Translations under genes and position numbers: made by a program
Shown here: positions 29,825-32,000 of the stretch, one piece after another
Layout: each line of letters opens with the position of its first letter
Numbering within the stretch: position 1 is the first letter of the stretch
Assembly (NCBI GenBank): GCA_003194425.1
Contig: PQXB01000001.1
Coordinates: 100,444-132,443 of the forward strand
DNA from: Candidatus Methanophagaceae archaeon
GTDB lineage: Archaea > Halobacteriota > Syntropharchaeia > Alkanophagales > Methanospirareceae
DNA length: 32,000 bases
Reading direction: 5' to 3'
The notes under the pieces: model-generated
Database searches by the model: none
What the model saw: the letters and a program-made list of their open reading frames with translations, nothing else
What the model was told of the DNA's origin: nothing

Positions 29825-30721
29825 ATGAAAGAAATAACAGTCATCAGCGGAAAAGGCGGCACAGGAAAGACAACGCTCGTCGCCTCGTTCGCAGCCCTCG
29901 CTGCAGGGAAAACAGTCGTTGCAGATTGCGATGTGGACGCACCCGACCTGCACCTGCTGTTGCACCCGGAAATCGTAAAGAAAGAGGATTTTTTCGGCGT
30001 GAAGGTTGCAGTGCTGGACAAAACGAAATGCGTAGAGTGCGGACTCTGCGAGGAAGCCTGCAGGTTCAACGCCGTCTACAGCAGCGAGGAGCAAGGCTAC
30101 GCGGTCAACCCTGCACGCTGCGAGGGCTGCGGGGCGTGCGTCTTTGTCTGCGCAGCGTACGGGCAGAAGGCACTCGCACTGAAAGAGCGTGTCTCTGGCT
30201 ACGCGTTCGTGTCAAAGACGAGCTACGGCACGATGGCGCATGCGCAGCTAAAAGCCGCGGAAGAGACCTCTGGAAAACTGGTTACAGTTGTCAGAACGAA
30301 CGCACGGCAGGCTGCGGAAGCGGAGGGTTGCGAGCTCGTTCTGATTGACGGCTCGCCGGGTATTGGCTGCCCTGTGATCGCGTCCCTGACTGGCGTGGAC
30401 CTCGCACTTGTCGTTACCGAGCCAACGATGTCAGGGCTGCACGACCTTGAGCGAATCTTGGATGTAACTCGGCATTTCGGGATTGCCTCCGCGGTCTGCA
30501 TCAACAAATACGACATTAACGAGGAGAACAGCCGTAGGATTTCAGAGTTTTGTCAGGAGCGCGGAATTCCGGTGGCTGGAAAAATTCCCTACGACCCCTT
30601 TGTTACCGCAGCGATGGTCGCGGGCTTGCCTGTCGTTGCGTTCTCGGCTGGAGAGGGAGCGGGGCAGGGAGCGGTCGTGAATGCGATAAAAAATGTGTGG
30701 CAGGCTGTAAATTCATGTTAA
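29825..30721 (+). CDS. MinD/ParA-type P-loop ATPase with inserted 2x[4Fe-4S] ferredoxin domain (COG1149-like)
   Basis: ISGKGGTGKTT, CVECGLCEEACRF, CEGCGACVFVCA, then a CobQ/MinD-like C-terminal half. Confidence 0.8.
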   Translation: MKEITVISGKGGTGKTTLVASFAALAAGKTVVADCDVDAPDLHLLLHPEIVKKEDFFGVKVAVLDKTKCVECGLCEEACRFNAVYSSEEQGYAVNPARCEGCGACVFVCAAYGQKALALKERVSGYAFVSKTSYGTMAHAQLKAAEETSGKLVTVVRTNARQAAEAEGCELVLIDGSPGIGCPVIASLTGVDLALVVTEPTMSGLHDLERILDVTRHFGIASAVCINKYDINEENSRRISEFCQERGIPVAGKIPYDPFVTAAMVAGLPVVAFSAGEGAGQGAVVNAIKNVWQAVNSC

Positions 30722-30741
30722 CTACCCTACTCAAAACTACC

Positions 30742-31230
30742 CTACTCAACACCGTACCCCAACTGCACGCACAACTCTCGGCGCTCCTTCTTCTCCTCCT
30801 CGCTCTCTACCCTCGTCGCCGAGGTGCCGTCGACAACGCCAAGCACCGCCCTTCCAAGCCCGGTCTCGGCAACAACAACTTCTAACGGGTTCGCCGACGC
30901 GACGAAAATATTCGCAACCGCGGGGTGCGACTTCAACGCCCCCAGCACATTTATCGGAAACGCGTTCTCCATCAAAATAAAAAAGCAGTGAGAAGCCCCG
31001 ATTTTGAGGCAGTTCTCACTCGCTAACTCTTTCAGTCCTTCGTCGTTCCCTGTAACCCTCGTCAACCGCGGCACCGCCTCGTTCATCGCAACCGCGCACT
31101 TTAGACCCGGCACCGCGGTTAAGAGCGTCCTGAAGAGGTCGTCGCAGGCGAAGACCGTGAAGTTCCCCTGCCCAATTATCACCTGTTTCTCTTCTGGGTT
31201 CTTCACCGCCACCTGCTCGATCTTCATCAT
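30742..31230 (-). CDS. Adenosine-specific-kinase family protein (PF04008 / PAE2307-like)
   Basis: VIIGQGNFTVFACDDLFRTLLTAVPGLKCAVAMNEA...GASHCFFILMENAFPINVLGALKSHPAVANIFVASANPLEVVVAE...GVVDG recalled as this family. Confidence 0.65.
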   Translation of the reverse strand: MMKIEQVAVKNPEEKQVIIGQGNFTVFACDDLFRTLLTAVPGLKCAVAMNEAVPRLTRVTGNDEGLKELASENCLKIGASHCFFILMENAFPINVLGALKSHPAVANIFVASANPLEVVVAETGLGRAVLGVVDGTSATRVESEEEKKERRELCVQLGYGVE

Positions 31231-31294
31231 TTCTCTACCTGTTTTTTCTCTACTTGTTTGTTCTCTTCGCCTCGTTCTCTTTTCCGCCCCTTTT

Positions 31295-31489
31295 TTATTC
31301 CACCTCCATCATACTTATCGCACCTTTCTCGCAGGTGTCTACACAGGTCTCACAGTCCGTACACTCCTCTGCGTTAACCACTGCGTGCTTCTCGTCGCCT
31401 TCGCCCTCTAACGAAATGCACTCCACTGGACACTCCTCTACACAGCTTCCACAGCCGTCGCACTTCTCCAAATCCACTACTGCTGGCAT
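31295..31489 (-). CDS. 2x[4Fe-4S] ferredoxin (64 aa)
   Basis: The ATG at 31489 gives MPAVVDLEKCDGCGSCVEECP...CTDCETCVDTCEKGAI. The 225-aa track ORF upstream of it is an out-of-frame read across elp3. Confidence 0.8.
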   Translation of the reverse strand: MPAVVDLEKCDGCGSCVEECPVECISLEGEGDEKHAVVNAEECTDCETCVDTCEKGAISMMEVE

Positions 31490-31542
31490 TTTTTCTTCAC
31501 TCTCCTTTGTTTGCTTTTTTATTTCTGTCTGTTGTTTTCGTG

Positions 31543-32000
31543 CTATATAAAAGTTGTTATTTTTTCCTGCGAAATATTTTTCACCACAAACGGTCCCTCC
31601 CGCCTGTAGCCGAACCTTGCGTAGTAGTCTCGCACCCCGATCCCGCTCATCACCGCAACTTTCTTGAACCCCGAGTCCTGCGCCAACTCCTCCGCTCTTC
31701 GCAGCAACCGTGCTCCGTAGCCGCGGTGCTGCCAGCTGCCTGCTTTCCGCTCGCCCAGACCCGTCAGTTCCCCGAAGACGTGCAAGTCCCGAACGAGAGC
31801 GGCGTCCCTCAACTCCGCCCGCCGGTGCGGTTTGGACTTGCACTCGAACTCGCTCTCGGACTTGCACGGAAACCGCTTCTCGCACTCGCGGGGAAACCGC
31901 AGCCGCAGGAGAGCCACCAAAATCTCCTTCTCCTCGTCCTCGTAAGACAGGAAATATTCCGTGCCCCCGCAAGCCTCGTAACTCTCGGACAGAAATTTCA
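31543..32000 (-). CDS. elp3: Elp3-family radical-SAM/GNAT tRNA acetyltransferase, C-terminal part (N-terminus beyond window)
   Basis: The frame is open to the window edge: ..SYEACGGTEYFLSYEDEEKEILVALLRLRFP...ALVRDLHVFGE...WQHRGYGARLLRRAEELA...GIGVRDYYARFGY. Confidence 0.85.
   Translation of the reverse strand, partial: KFLSESYEACGGTEYFLSYEDEEKEILVALLRLRFPRECEKRFPCKSESEFECKSKPHRRAELRDAALVRDLHVFGELTGLGERKAGSWQHRGYGARLLRRAEELAQDSGFKKVAVMSGIGVRDYYARFGYRREGPFVVKNISQEKITTFI

Noticed and set aside
31295-31972. 225-aa minus-strand ORF
   Set aside because: It is a chimera. Only the last 64 codons (the ferredoxin, from the ATG at 31489) look real. The upstream part is an alternative frame of elp3, whose own frame shows clear Elp3 motifs.
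1-32000. Is the window itself a Borg-like extrachromosomal element, given the Borg-like repeat pattern?
   Set aside because: Content is core housekeeping (ribosomal proteins, tRNA, RFC, purA, Hdr). Genes are on both strands and composition is GC-rich by eye. A host chromosome is the simpler reading. It cannot be settled from 32 kb.

Overview
This window looks like archaeal chromosomal DNA from an anaerobe. It is moderately GC-rich by eye and densely coding on both strands. Supported genes include an mvhD / Fe-S protein / hdrC / hdrB / hdrA redox operon, purA, pdaD, a GGPP synthase, ribosomal proteins S14 and S8, tRNA-Thr(UGU), RFC small subunit, a PAC2 proteasome chaperone, Hsp20, a diadenylate-cyclase domain protein, pantoate kinase, an Elp3 3' fragment, and a GlcD-like / GltS-like / DUF92 operon. 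Three things go beyond ordinary annotation. (1) Near-perfect tandem repeats are unusually dense, with about 20 tracts in 32 kb. They sit inside or directly upstream of conserved housekeeping genes. Inside ORFs the periods are multiples of 3 (6 to 60 bp). At gene ends and between genes, periods of 7, 8, 11 and 20 bp also occur. (2) Two families of short AT-rich palindromic elements occur between genes and also in-frame and stop-free inside conserved enzyme genes. This resembles the Rickettsia palindromic elements. (3) At 19.2-23.0 kb, an AT-richer type II restriction-modification pair and a VapBC module are each bounded by direct copies of the same ~85 bp double-hairpin unit, with decayed copies of a small secreted-protein gene and its divergent promoter. 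This reads as cassette-like capture. Also present are a frameshifted orphan DNA methyltransferase next to the tRNA, a tandem-fused HdrA, and an RFC subunit with a degenerate Walker B motif. All calls rest on reading the sequence and recalled family motifs. No database searches were run.
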